Below are positions 51,491 through 64,000 of a stretch of DNA of 64,000 bases, one piece after another. The notes below the pieces were generated by a model. The model saw nothing but the letters and a program-made list of their open reading frames with translations. It searched no databases and had not been told where the DNA came from. The stretch lies in assembly GCF_006345805.1 (NCBI RefSeq), contig NC_043018.1, forward strand, positions 21,700,001 to 21,764,000, given 5' to 3'. A program made the position numbers and the translations under genes. Origin of the DNA: Octopus sinensis (lineage: Eukaryota). The first letter of the stretch is position 1. The number at the start of each line of letters is the position of its first letter.

Positions 51491-51829
51491 CTGTTTAAAA
51501 TAAAACAAAAATAGAAATTAAAATAGATTCCTCGTTCAATTTTCAGCTATGGAAGGTCAATATAAACAAGAGCTTAGAAGGTTTTCAAAGGCTATGGGAT
51601 CGTCCCCACCTCCTTGGTTTAAATAGTCAAATGATAAAAGATAAAAACACACAAAAATATACAATAATAAAATGCTTTAATTTCATACTGGACTGAAAAA
51701 AAAAAATCATAATGTAAAGAATGAGGGAGCCATTATATGGTTGTTTGATATGCTATGAATAACAGCCAATTCTTCAAATCACACCTTACTGTCTTAAAAA
51801 AAATGACAGTCAATAAAGTAGTTTTAGGC

Positions 51830-52192
51830 CAGTGTTTCTCAACCTTTTTTACCCTTGTGTAACCCTTAAAATAAATTACATGTCTCAAGGGACCCCTGCA
51901 CAAAAAAATTATATACCATATCTTTCTTGTATTTTTTTTCATTTTAGTTCACATGGTAACTATCATATATATATATATACAAACACACACTCATATATAT
52001 GGTGGTTATATTTTTTGATAACAGGTTAGATATGATGATATCTATATTACAATAACCAACAAAATGTTGTGCATGTATAGTAATATTATTATCATGGAAT
52101 TAACATTAGCTTATCTCACTCTATCTCGCGGAACCCCTAGGAACCTTTTGCAGAACCCTAAGGTGCCGGGGAACCCCAGTTGAGAAATGCTG
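51830..52192. mobile_element. hAT (Charlie-like) MITE
   Basis: TIR cagtgtttctcaac / gttgagaaatgctg; degenerate 8-bp TSD ttttaggc / tcttagac. Confidence 0.75.
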
Positions 52193-52296
52193 TCTTAGAC
52201 TTACAAAAAGAAGGGATAGTCATGGGGCCACCTGGGCCTAAATAATCCTTTCCACTATAGGCACAAGGCCTAAAATTTTGTGAGGCGGAGGCTAAT

Positions 52297-52610
52297 CATC
52301 ACCATCATCATTTAGTGTCCGTTGTCCATGCTAGCATGGGTTGGACAGTTTGACTGGGCTGGCACGCTGGAAGGCTGTGCCAGGCTCCAGTCTGATTTGG
52401 CATGGTTTCTATGGCTGGATACCCTTCCTAACGCCAACCACTCCGAGAGTGTAACGGGTGCTTTTATGTGCCACTGGCACAGGTACCATTTGTGTGACAC
52501 TGGTATCTGCTATGGCCTGTGAGGCCAGACACTCGAAAGGAGGTTGACCACTGTGCCTTCATGATGCCCAACACTTGAAAGGAACTCAGCCACCTCGCCT
52601 CAGTGAGGCC
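52297..52610 (-). mobile_element. Family A copy (diverged)
   Basis: Same core sequence. Confidence 0.7.
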
Positions 52611-53262
52611 CGTCAATTACATCAACCTCCGATATTTGACTGGTACCTATTTTATTGACCCCAAATGATTGTAAAGCAAAGACAACTTTGGTGGATTCTG
52701 AAATCGGAACATAAAGCCAAAAAAAAATGCTGCTAAGCATTTTGACCAGAATGGTAATGACTTATTAGCTCACTGCTTTAAATAATGGTTTTGGATTAGG
52801 TACAGAGCCAGCAGTTTTGAGAGAAGGGGGATAGTTATAAAAAATCTTAGTACTTGATGGGTACTTTATTTCTGGCAACCCCCAGAGGGACAAAAAGCAA
52901 AGATGACCACAGCAAGATCTGAATTCTGAACATAAAGAGCTAGAAGAAATGCCACAAAACATTTTGTTTGACGCACTAACAATTCTGCCAGCTCACTGCT
53001 TTTCTGGACCTAAGTAATAAGAACAAGAGAGACATAAACTATAATCAAAAATAATTCTTCTGAATGGCCAGATGTGATCAATATAATTGTCGTTAATTAT
53101 GATAATTATTGGAGTCATGATGTCAGTTTTAATGAAAGATGTGACAACTATAAAACGATGTTGGTTAATTAACTGTAAACTTCTTCTCTCCTTGTAAACT
53201 GAATCAATCATTTCTGTAGACAAGGACTTTTCTCCTGTCCATTTGGTGAGACTTAGTAGACA

Positions 53263-53695
53263 ATCATCATCATCATCATCATCATCATTTAGCGTCCGCT
53301 TTCCATGCTAGCATGGGTTGGACGGGTCAACTGGGGTCTGTGAAGCTGGAAGGCTTCGTCAGGCCCAGTCAGATCTGGCAGTGTTTCTACGGCTGGATGC
53401 CCTTCCTAACGCCAACCACTCCGCGAGTGTAGTGGGTGTTTTTTACGTGCCACCTGCACAGGTGCCAGACAGAGCTGACGAACGGATGGTGCTTTTACGT
53501 GTCACCGGCACGGGGCCAGGCGATGCTGGCAACGGACACGAACGGATGGTGCTTTTACGTGCCACCGACACGGGGCCAGACAGAGCTGGCAAACGGCCAC
53601 GAACGGACGGTGCTTTTACGTGTCACCGGCATGGGGGCCAGCCGAGGCTGACAACGAACACGAACGGATGGTGCTTTTACGTGCCACCGACACAA
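53263..53695 (-). mobile_element. Family A copy with 60/61-bp VNTR
   Basis: gatggtgcttttacgtg recurs at about 53485, 53545, 53606 and 53667. Confidence 0.85.
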
Positions 53696-54084
53696 TGTTG
53701 CACATTATTCTTCATTGAGAGAGAGAGAGAGAGAGCTCATGTAATTCATCATCATCAGCATTTAACATCCACTTTTCCATGCTTGCATGAGTTGGACAGG
53801 ACTTGCTGAGGCAGATTTTCTACAACCAGATGGTCTTACTGTTGTTAAACCCTTTCCTGCTTTCAAGCAAAGTAATATTTCACCATGGCTGGGCATTTTT
53901 TTTTCACAGAAGGCAGGAAACCCACAACACTGCCTGTATGACAGTGATGCTCATTTACAACCATCACATGACGTCAAAACAAGAGTACAACAACAACACA
54001 CACACACACATGCAATGGGCTTCTTTCAGTTTCCATCTCCAAAACCACAACATCATGAATGCAACACCCTAACCAATAGGCCAC

Positions 54085-54315
54085 AGGCTGTCCTTAGTTA
54101 AACTATGTGCTCCCTTAACTATCTGGCTGTTAAAATAAAGCTATCCTTGTTAATTAAGTTGACTAGGTGCACCCCTAATTACCTATCTATTTGAATGAAG
54201 CTGTCCTTAATTCATCCTGAGTAGGTGCACTCCTAACCACCTATTTAAACAAAGCTAATCTTGTTAATTAAGTTGACTAGGTACATCCCTTACTATCTGG
54301 CTATTTAAACAAACC
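54085..54315. repeat. Degenerate 52-60-bp tandem repeat, about 4 units
   Basis: gctgtcctt/gctatcctt...gactaggtgcac units. Confidence 0.65.
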
Positions 54316-54714
54316 TCTCCTCTTCCCTCAAGCTTTGTCAAACACTTTAAATGAAAGCATACACACACACAATATATATATTATTTTAATAGGATTACCA
54401 ACAATTTGAAATAATAAATAAACCCTGCAGCTATGTTTCTCTGTTGAATATCAACCATTTTAAGGGGAAAGGCGGATTAAAGTGGATTACTAATGGCAGT
54501 AAAAGTTTATTGGGGGGTACAAAAGCAAGGGCAGTAAGCTCTTTTTTCTTTTCCTTTCAACACAGTGTGACATATGTTGATTAAGTTAATCAATAACTTG
54601 GTTGTTGTTTAGCTCAAGATCAAACCTAATCAAAGAGACTTATGATCAAAGATGTTCCATCCATGACTACCTTGTCTTGTTTTAGCAGATGTGGGTCTAC
54701 ATTACATAATGTAT

Positions 54715-54962
54715 TCATCATCATTGTTTAACGTCCGTTCTCCATGCTAGCATGGGTTGGGCAGTTCGACCGGGGATCTGGGAAGCCAGAAGGCTGCACC
54801 AGGCTCCAGTCTGATCTGGCAGTGTTTCTACAGCTGGATGCCCTTCCTAACGCCAACCACTCTGTGAGTGTAGTGGGTTGCTTATTATGTGCCACCTGCA
54901 TAGGTGCCAGGCAAGGCTGGCAACGGCCACGATCGGATTGGTGCATTTTACGTGCCACCGGC
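54715..54962 (-). mobile_element. Family A copy
   Basis: Same core sequence. Confidence 0.8.
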
Positions 54963-55419
54963 CAGGCAATAGAATGTAACTTGAGGGGGATTTATTTACT
55001 TTCTCCAGCAAACTGAGCAGCCTTGTGGAAGTCCCTCCATTGGCCAATTATAATTCTGCACCTTGTACTCTGACAGAGTAAGGAGCAATGATGGGACATA
55101 AATATCATAACTGGTATGTTACAAGCATAAATGGATAATACCCAGGTAAAGATAAGGACTCTACATAAGGACCTTACAGCAAGAAGGGATAGAGAGTAGG
55201 TCTGGCTGCACATTCATGAGCTACTGGATAAAATACAATGCTGGATCAACCAAGGTTTATATAGATAAATTTTGAAGACACTTGCCCAAGATGCAATGAA
55301 GTGGGACTGAACCTGGAACCATGTGGTTGGAAAGCAAACGTCTTACCGTAGAGACACTACTGCACCTGCTTACTAAAAAACAAACACACACCACGCATTA
55401 AATACTCTTTTTTTTTCTT

Positions 55420-55825
55420 TTTTACTCTTACTTGTTTCAGTCATTTGACTGCGGCCATGCTGGAGCACCGCCTTTAGTCAAGCAAATCGACCCCGGGACT
55501 TATTCTTTGTAAGCCCAGTACTTATTCTATCGGTCTCTTTTGCCGAACCGCTAAGTTACGGGGACGTAAACACACCAGCATCAGTTGTCAAGCAATGCTA
55601 GGGGGACAAACACAGACACACAAACACATACACACACACACATATACATATATATATACATATATACGACAGGCTTCTTTCAGTTTCCGTCTACCAAATC
55701 CACTGACGAGGATTGGTTGGCCCGGGGCTATAGCAGAAGACACTTGCCCAAGATGCCACGCAGTGGGACTGAACCCGGAACCATGTGGTTGGTTAGCAAG
55801 CTACTTACCACACAGCCACTCCTAA
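55420..55825 (-). mobile_element. SINE family B, full length
   Basis: Same head, body and tail. Confidence 0.85.
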
Positions 55826-56287
55826 TGTAATATGGAGTACACCATTCTTGAAAAGAAAGGAAATGGAATGGAATGGTCATGGCTGGAACTGCTTCGATCC
55901 TAGGTCCTTCCAATCAATGTTGATTTGTAGTTGAACACCACCACTACCACCACCACCGCTGCAACTAGATCACCAGGAAATGTTGCCTCTGAGATGCAGA
56001 GATAGGGTTTAATTTCTTAGCTAGATGATGTTATGAAACTGGAGCTAAGCAATGACTCTTACAAAGCAAAAAAAAAAACCCACCTTGCTGCTTTAAAGAG
56101 TCAGCAAAAATAACATAGAATTGATCAGTGAGTCGTGATACATACACTTCATACATTCTTGGCATGTTACTTCATCAAATGACTAACTGAATACAGACAC
56201 ACAGACAGACAGATAAACACACACACACATACAAATAGGGACATGCACATGTGCACAAACTCACACACACACACACTTATACATACC

Positions 56288-56522
56288 TATTTCTTTATTA
56301 CCCACAAGGGGCTAAACATAGAGGGGACAAACAAGGACAGACATAGGTATTAAGTCGATTACATCGACATCAGTGCGTAACTGGTACTTTAATTTATCGA
56401 CCCCGAAAGGATGAAAGGCAAAGTCGACCTCGGCGGAATTTGAACTCAGAACATAACGGCAGACGAAATACCGCTAAGCATTTCGCCCGGCGAGTTAACG
56501 TCTCTGCTAGCTTGCCGCCTTA
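56288..56522 (-). mobile_element. SINE family C, young copy with 17-bp TSD
   Basis: TSD acacacttatacatacc at 56271-56287 and 56523-56539. Confidence 0.9.
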
Positions 56523-56559
56523 ACACACTTATACATACCATAGGCATACAAACACTGAT

Positions 56560-56592
<33 letters not shown>

Positions 56593-56816
56593 TGCTAACA
56601 CACACCAATTTTTTAATGAAATTGTAATTTACTCTTTGCTGCCAATATTCCTCAAACATCCAAATATATCCAGTCTAGAATATTCTGATAATGTTTTAAA
56701 CTTAATTTTAATTATAATGAATATAGCTGCTACTTCAATTTACTGTTTATTTCTTTCTTAATTCAAAGTAATGATGATACAAATTGTATTACAGTGGACA
56801 TCTATCTACCTACCTA

Positions 56817-56874
<58 letters not shown>

Positions 56875-56889
56875 CATAAACACACATAT

Positions 56890-57283
56890 ATTCTTTTATT
56901 CTTTCACTTGTTTCAGTCATTGACTGCGGCCATGCTGGAGCACCGCCTTTAATCGAGCAAATCGACCCCAGGACTTATTCTTTGTAAGCCTAGTACTTAT
57001 TCTATCGGTCTCATTTTTGCTGAACTACTATGTGATGGGTATGCAAACACACCAACATTGGTTGTCAAGCAATGGTGGAGGGACAAACAGACACAAATAA
57101 CAAATACATACATACATATATGACGGGCTTTTTTCAGTTTCTGTCTACCAAATCCACTCACAAGGATTTGGTCGGTTTGAGGCTACAGTGGAAGACACAT
57201 ACCCAAGGTGCCATGCAGTGGAACAGAACCTGGAACCATGTGGTTGGGAAGCAAGCTTCTTACTACACAACCACTCCTGCACC

Positions 57284-57285
<2 letters not shown>
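56890..57285 (-). mobile_element. SINE family B
   Basis: Same head, body and tail. Confidence 0.8.
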
Positions 57286-57316
<31 letters not shown>

Positions 57317-57699
57317 TATATATATATAGTCATCACTTAGTGTCCATTTTTTCATGCTTGCATGGATTGGATGGTATTTGTTGAGGCAAATTTTCAATGG
57401 CTGGAGACCCTTCTTGATGCCAATCCTCAACTGTTTCCAAATAAGGTAATATTTCCCCATGATCAGCCACACTTTCAAAGAAGAATGGAAACATGCGTGT
57501 GTGTTGGCGACACTTGCATGCACACATGCACATACAATAAGCTTCTTTCAGCTTCCATCAACCAAATCCATTCACAAAATTTGGCGGCCCAAGATTACAA
57601 AAGACACTTGCCCAGTGTGCTATGCAGTGGGATTGAACATGAAACCTGGTGGTTAGCAAGCAAACTTCTTACCACACGACCATACCTGCATCTATCATT

Positions 57700-58090
57700 C
57701 ATCATCATCATCTTCGTTTAGCGTCCGCTGTCCATGCTAGCATGGGTTGGACGGTTCAACTGGGGTCTGGGAAGCCAGAAGGCTGCACCAGGCCCAGTCT
57801 GATCTGGCAGTGTTTCTACGGCTGGATGCCTTTCCTAACGCCAACCACTCCGTGAGTGTAGTGGGTGCTTTTTATGTGCCACCCGCACAGGTGCCAGACG
57901 AGGCTGGCAACGGCCACGGTTGGATGGTGCTTTTTACATGCCACCGGCATGGGGGCCAGGCGAGGCTGGCAACGGCCACAATCAGATGGTGCCACCAGCA
58001 CGAGGCCATTCGGGGCGGCGCTGGCAATGGCCACGTTTGGATGGTTCTCTTACATACCACCGGCACTGGTATCACAGCTGCAATTTCCAT
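57700..58090 (-). mobile_element. Family A copy with internal units
   Basis: Same core sequence. Confidence 0.8.
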
Positions 58091-58979
58091 TCTATCCACA
58101 AATAATATATATATTATCATCCTTTAAATCCATTTTCAATGCTGGCATGGGTTGGATGGTTTAACCAGAGCTGGCAAGTTGGAGAACTGCAACAGGTTCC
58201 AGACACTCTCACATTTGTACAAATATGTAGATAAATGCAAGTAATTGCATGTGCGCATGCACACATGCACACGCACACACAAAGTGGATCCCATTTGGTA
58301 TTTAGGTAGAGTCAGACTAAGTACATGCACTATTAATAATTCACTCCATTATTTGTGCTATTAGTATAGAATTATTTTTGTGACATTCCTGTCACCTTTA
58401 CAATGGTCTCTACCAGGCTGAATAATTAATAGAATGATTGAGATAACATGTTGTAAACACAGTAAAGGCCAGTCTAGTATGAGAAGAAAAAAACACAATG
58501 TTAAAAATTGTTATAGTAATGATGATAACAGCATGATGATTGGTGACGAACATTAATGATGGTGGTTGTTTAGTCACAGGCCAAAGACATTCCAACAGTG
58601 ACCATCCCCATCAAATTCCTTTATTTTAAATCAATCAAGGTCATAGGCAAGTGCAGATATTATTTTAAATAATATTAAACTCATTAATATGTTTATCATT
58701 TCAGTGCTTTAACTTTCTATATTCATTAGGTTTCGGGTTCAGTCCCACTGCGTGACACTTTGAGTAGGTGTCTTCCTATAGCCCTGAGTCAACCGAAGCT
58801 TTGTGATTGAATTCGGTAGGCGGAAGTTACGGCCATGTGTGTATATGTGCTCAGTGCCTCTCCGAAAGAGAGGGAGGGATAACCGGACATCAGTTATATC
58901 CTCATAAACTTTGACAAACTATATAATTCCTATTTCATGTGTACAAAAAAAAAAAAAAATAAAAAAATAAAATCAATAT

Positions 58980-59095
58980 TCTGGGTTCAGTCCCACTGCG
59001 TGGCACCTTGGGCAAGTGTCTTCTGCCATAGCCCTGGGCCGACCAATGCCTTGTGAGTGGATTTGGTAGGCGGAAACTGAAAGAAGCCTGTCGTA

Positions 59096-59140
<45 letters not shown>

Positions 59141-59345
59141 TTGTGTGTCTGTGTTTGTCCCCCTAGCATTGCTTGACAACCGATGCTGGTGTGTTTACGT
59201 CCCCGTCACTTAGCGGTTCGGCAAAAAGAGAATAAGTACTGGGCTTACAAAGAATAAGTCCCGGGGTCGATTTGCACGAATAAAGGCGGTGCTCCAGCAT
59301 GGCCGCAGTCAAATGACTGAAACAAGTAAAAGAGTAAAAGAGAGT
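58980..59345 (+). mobile_element. SINE family B
   Basis: Same body and tail; head slightly truncated. Confidence 0.8.
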
Positions 59346-59859
59346 ATGTGTTTGTAACTGCACCCAGTCTGAAGACATAACTTTACATAACGTCTGGTTC
59401 GAAAAACTTGCATGGTCCAACATTTTGTGGGCCGCAACAACTGTACAGTTACGTTAATAATCACATGGTTATAAGCTCCAATTTCACAACAGCTGTTCCT
59501 TCCATCCTACCATCACAAACACCTTCAAGACTGGTGGTGTGTGGACTGAGCTATGCCCTCTGAGCAAGGCACGTAACTCTCTTGCAATACTAAAGGCGAA
59601 GGAAAATACTGTGGAGGAACCTTATGGATAATAAGTATAAAAACGCAAGGATCTCAACATATGTAATATAGTGAGTTCAAAAACTTTGATCTACTGAAAT
59701 TATCTATGCCATGAGTAGGCAAAAACTCCTGAGAGTGTTAAAAAAAAGTTAAACCAAGGGAGATAATTGATCTTACTGGAGTTATTTCCCTTGCTTTATT
59801 TAAATATTTAGATATTAAGCAATTCACCAACGAGGGAAATTTTTGTATTCTCATTGCAG

Positions 59860-60060
59860 GGATAATTTCAGTTGATGGAAATTTTACACCTGATTGAGAG
59901 TTCACAGCTCCAGTGCTACAGAAAAGGATTGCAAGACAAATTCTCCAAGCTGAGCCAACCAGTAGGAGACCTAGGGGTAGACCGCAAGCAAGATGGTTGG
60001 ATAACATCCATAGTCCCAGTTGGTCACACTTGGCGATCCAGTAGGGAAGTGCAATGATGA
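59860..60060 (+). mobile_element. RTE LINE 3' ORF remnant, same family as 46130-46520
   Basis: IESSQLQCY then RIARQILQAEPTSRRPRGRPQARWLDNI across a frameshift. Confidence 0.7.
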
Positions 60061-60980
60061 TTGCTTCTGATAGAGCCCTAACTCTAGCCCATAACACTTC
60101 CAAGAATATTAGGAGATCAGAATGGATGTATTACATAACAGGGCAGCTGAAACCACAGCAAGGTAATGGTGGGTGACAAGAGACCACAGATAGAACCCTT
60201 AATTCAGCCCTTGCTGTTTCACTCAGGCAAAGCATAAGGAGCGAAACACTTGTGACCCTGAGATACCTGCTGAAGATATATGGAAGGTGATGGCTTCAGT
60301 CATCATCAGAAGAGCTTGCATTATCTCAAACCCTTTAGCATTCAGATTACTCTGTCAAATTTAGAAGCTATTTCTTCACATTGCTTTGAATTAATCATGC
60401 ATTACCTTTGAGATATTCTAGGATGTGATTGATTATTTATTTTTTTTAGAATAACATTGGAGGATAGGTATAAGAGGTCAGATATGGCTGGTTTGAGTAG
60501 AAAACAGATAGAATATTTGAGTTGGATATGGCTGGTTTAAATGCAAAAGGGTTCAGTAGCTTCTGCAGTCTCTGCAGTGTGGCAGAACATCTTTGATGCT
60601 ATTTCGCAACATAAGTATCTTTTTACAGACACTACTAATTCATTCTCACTCTCTTCCCTAAATGTGTACAGCTCCTCTATTACAAGAAACCTATTCTACC
60701 CTAACTTTTTTCTTCTCGTTCCTTAACCCCTACCTAGCATAAGGACATACCTCCATCCCTCCCTCCCTCAGGTTTTGTAGACTTGTGAGCTACAAAGTAA
60801 CCTCAAAGTGCTGATGGCATGAAGAAAAAAGCACCCAGTACACAACTGCCAAGTGGTTGGCTTTATGAAGAGCATCCTGCCCTAGAAACAATACGAGATG
60901 ACACTGAAGTAGAACACAGTCCTTGGACTCAACAAATCCTATCAAACCATCCAACCCATGTCAGCATATAACAGGAATGT

Positions 60981-61209
60981 TTAACCCTTTAGCTTTTAAA
61001 CCGGCCTTATCCGGCCAAAAGTACTCTGCCTGTTTTATGTTCAAACTGACCAGATCTGGTCTCTCACACCAACCCTACAATATCATTCTAACTATTAACA
61101 GCTACCTCATCAAAATCTCAAAGCTACAACATAATGTATGATTAGTTCAAAACAATATGGATAAAAATGGATTAATTTTGGCAGAATAATGCAAACACTA
61201 AAGGGTTAA
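60981..61209 (+). mobile_element. piggyBac-type MITE family H
   Basis: TTAA-CCCTTTAGC...CTAAAGGG-TTAA. Copies at 27914-28087 and 41970-42199 (+); 60329-60555 and 62195-62423 (-). Confidence 0.8.
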
Positions 61210-61840
61210 TGATGATGATGATGGTAAGTAAAGACTCTGGTTGGCCTGAGTGATAGACAAAGTAGTTTTACTTCTAACTTCATGACTGAGGTAGAACAAG
61301 AGACATCCATCTAGCTGTAATAACAACTGATCAAATAAATAAACTATCCCACCTACGCATACAGGTAAAACAATGTAAAACTCTGTGTGTGTGTGTGTAA
61401 TGGTTTAAGCAGAGTATTGTCATGCACCAACAGGAAACACACTTATGCTTCCTGTTGGAACACACACACACACACACATACACGTCTGTACACATGGACA
61501 AATGCACACGTATACATGTGTGAGTGTGTGTGTGTGTGTGTGTGTAAAATATCTTGGTTGGTTTTTCATGTTTTTTCTTTCTTTCTTTCAGGATGTTGTT
61601 GAAACAGAAAGAAAAAAAAATTTGTTAAACTGACGACACACAACAAATGAGAGGGTGCAAGAGTGAGAGAGAGAGAGGACATTTAGACAGGTGTGCAAAT
61701 AGTAAACATAGGTACTAGGACATACAAACAGCTGGACAGTTAAATTGATTGATGAATAGGTATATATGTATGTTTATAAGCATATACATGTAAACATGTG
61801 TAGGAGTGTGATACATATATATGCGCAAATTTAAGTGTGT

Positions 61841-61873
<33 letters not shown>

Positions 61874-62194
61874 CTATCAAATGTCCCTTGGCATTCTGTC
61901 ATTCTATATTACGACTCCCTATCATTATCTCATCCCATCTAGCTACATTTATTCATTTACCTTATTAGTTTGTTATTCTATAATTTTCTATTCTTTGTTG
62001 TACACTTTAATTTTATATAGCTGATTCAATTCCACTGCCACCTACACTGTCATCATCATAATCAATGTCATCACTGTCATCATCATAATCGATACCCCTA
62101 TTAACACCAATCCCAACCTTTATTACTCCAGCTATCTGTTTACCTGTCGATCTTTTTTTCTACCTATTTATTAACTCACCATTTTAGGTTTTTT

Positions 62195-62423
62195 TTAACC
62201 CTTTAGTGTTCACATTATTCTGCCCAAGTTAATGCTTTTTTATCCACATTGTTTTGAACTAATCATGCATTATCTTGTAGCTATGAGATTTTGATGAGGT
62301 AGTTGTTAATTTTTAAAACGATATTGTAGGGTTGGTGTGAGAGACCAGATCTGGCCAGTTTGAACTTTAAACAAGCAGAATACTTTTGGCCGGATATGGC
62401 CGGTTTAAATGCTAAAGGGTTAA
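62195..62423 (-). mobile_element. piggyBac-type MITE family H
   Basis: TTAA at both ends; reverse complement of 60981-61209. Confidence 0.8.
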
Positions 62424-64000
62424 ACTGGTTGGGGTTACGACCAACTATGGAAGGAATGAATCTTGGACATAAACTTGTCTTACTGACAAGGGGTAAAATG
62501 CCTACAAGATGCTTTACTAACAAAACTCTAATGAGGTTTATAGAGTTTAACTCTTAAGACACTACCTTTGTCTTAATTTAGAAAATAACTGAGGTTTTGG
62601 GTCCATTTCCACTGCATACCACCTTGAGCAAGTATCTTCTACTATAGCCCCAGGCCAACCAATGCTTTGCAAATGAATTTGGTAGATGGAAACTGTTTGG
62701 AAGCTCACCATGTGTGTGTGTGTGTGGTGTAATTTTTATACAGTTATTGACAGTGATTTCAGATTTTTGGCCAGCTAAGCCATCATTGGACTGGCCAAAA
62801 CTTCAAAATCATTGTCAACAACATTCTTGTATAAAAATAATAAATTTGTACTGTACAAAGGTATAGAGCAACCCATCAGATTAATGTAAAATTATTTTTA
62901 TTATAACTGAACGTAAAAACAATGTGTGTGTGTGTGTGTGTGTGTTTTTAAAAAAATGCTTGATAACCAATGTTGGTTTGTTTACATCTCTGTAACAGCA
63001 GTTTGGCAAAAGAGATCAAGACTTGAAAAAAAAAAAAGAAAGTACTGAGGTTAAGTTTGTTTGACTGTATCCTTCAAGGTGGTGCCCCAGCATGACCACA
63101 GTCCAATGACTGAAACAAGTAAAAGATAAAAGATATGTAGCTGGTGTTTGGGACATAAATTAACATCAAATTTGATGGAAAGTTTTTAAAATTTAGATCC
63201 CTTTAAAACGGGATGTCTCTATAGAACTGGGGGTAGTTTTAGTTGGACTGGAATAAAAAGGGTTAAAGTAGAAAGGAGCAATGTAAGTGGTAACTAGGCA
63301 CACACACACACACAAAGCACAATTTAATTTGTCTAATTGAAGTATTTGTTCATTAAGAGTGCTCTACAACTAATTAGAAATTGGTTTAATTGACTAAGAT
63401 AGGGAAGAAATACACTTCAACAACAACAGCAGCAACAATGATGATGGTTTTAATGATGAAGACAAGTGGTAATGATGATGATGAGGACTACGATGATGAT
63501 GATGATGATGATAACAATGATGACTAATTTATCAGTAACAACGCTACCAATGTTATTATGAATGAATAACTGATTGGTGTACTTAAATTAACAGTAACAT
63601 TCGAAAATTAAACAAGGATCGTCTTCAATTTGTTCATTAGTCAAATACAAAAACTTGAATATTGGTTAGTTAATCTCTTGGTAGAATTTTTTTTTAAGAT
63701 TGTGGGAAGAGTGATTATGAGTGTGTAAAATATGTACCATTCTTATTCCAATGCTAGTCTTATGAGGGCAACAGTTTTAATGCAACTCACTCCTGGTGGG
63801 AAATCCGCGAACAATGATGTGAAGAAAAGGAACTTCTAGCTAATGGGGATCTAGCTTGATATAATATCAGACTCAATAAAGCTATTGACCTGTCAATAAC
63901 CCTTTTGTTACTGTATTTATTTTGAGATGCTCTGTTTCTTTCAATTAATTTTAAATATAAGAAAGAATTTAGTGAAATAACTTAGTTATCATTCAGCTAG

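Noticed and set aside
58397-58418. 22-nt minus-strand microexon candidate (LVETIVK) upstream of the 99-nt exon
   Set aside because: Weak splice sites; phase fit alone is insufficient.

Overview
Eukaryotic, AT-rich and saturated with microsatellites. The repeat landscape is tRNA/CORE-type SINEs, RTE and CR1 LINE 3' ends, Penelope-like elements, piggyBac and hAT MITEs, and Helitrons. It resembles an octopus/coleoid cephalopod genome (inference from repeat families; no search was run). One protein-coding gene is well supported: the 3' part of a minus-strand inhibitor-of-apoptosis (IAP/BIRC-type) E3 ligase. Five phase-compatible exons can be built (51392-51490, 48993-49020, 46883-47008, 43115-44746, 40626-40822; 693 aa). 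They encode a split UBA domain, a linker of about 530 aa rich in polyQ/P/S/H, and a C-terminal C3HC4 RING. No BIR exon was found, so it probably lies beyond base 64000. Almost all other ORFs in the track are microsatellite or repeat artefacts. The most interesting signals are: (1) the giant low-complexity exon; (2) several Penelope-derived fold-back elements with hammerhead-ribozyme-like cores, one of them sense-oriented with an intact core inside an IAP intron; (3) inverted repeat pairs that could form dsRNA in the IAP pre-mRNA; (4) a SINE head shared among four different tails; (5) a close CTCF consensus match next to a 28-bp minisatellite; (6) candidate microexons and a candidate recursive splice site on the + strand. 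None is proven novel without database searches.
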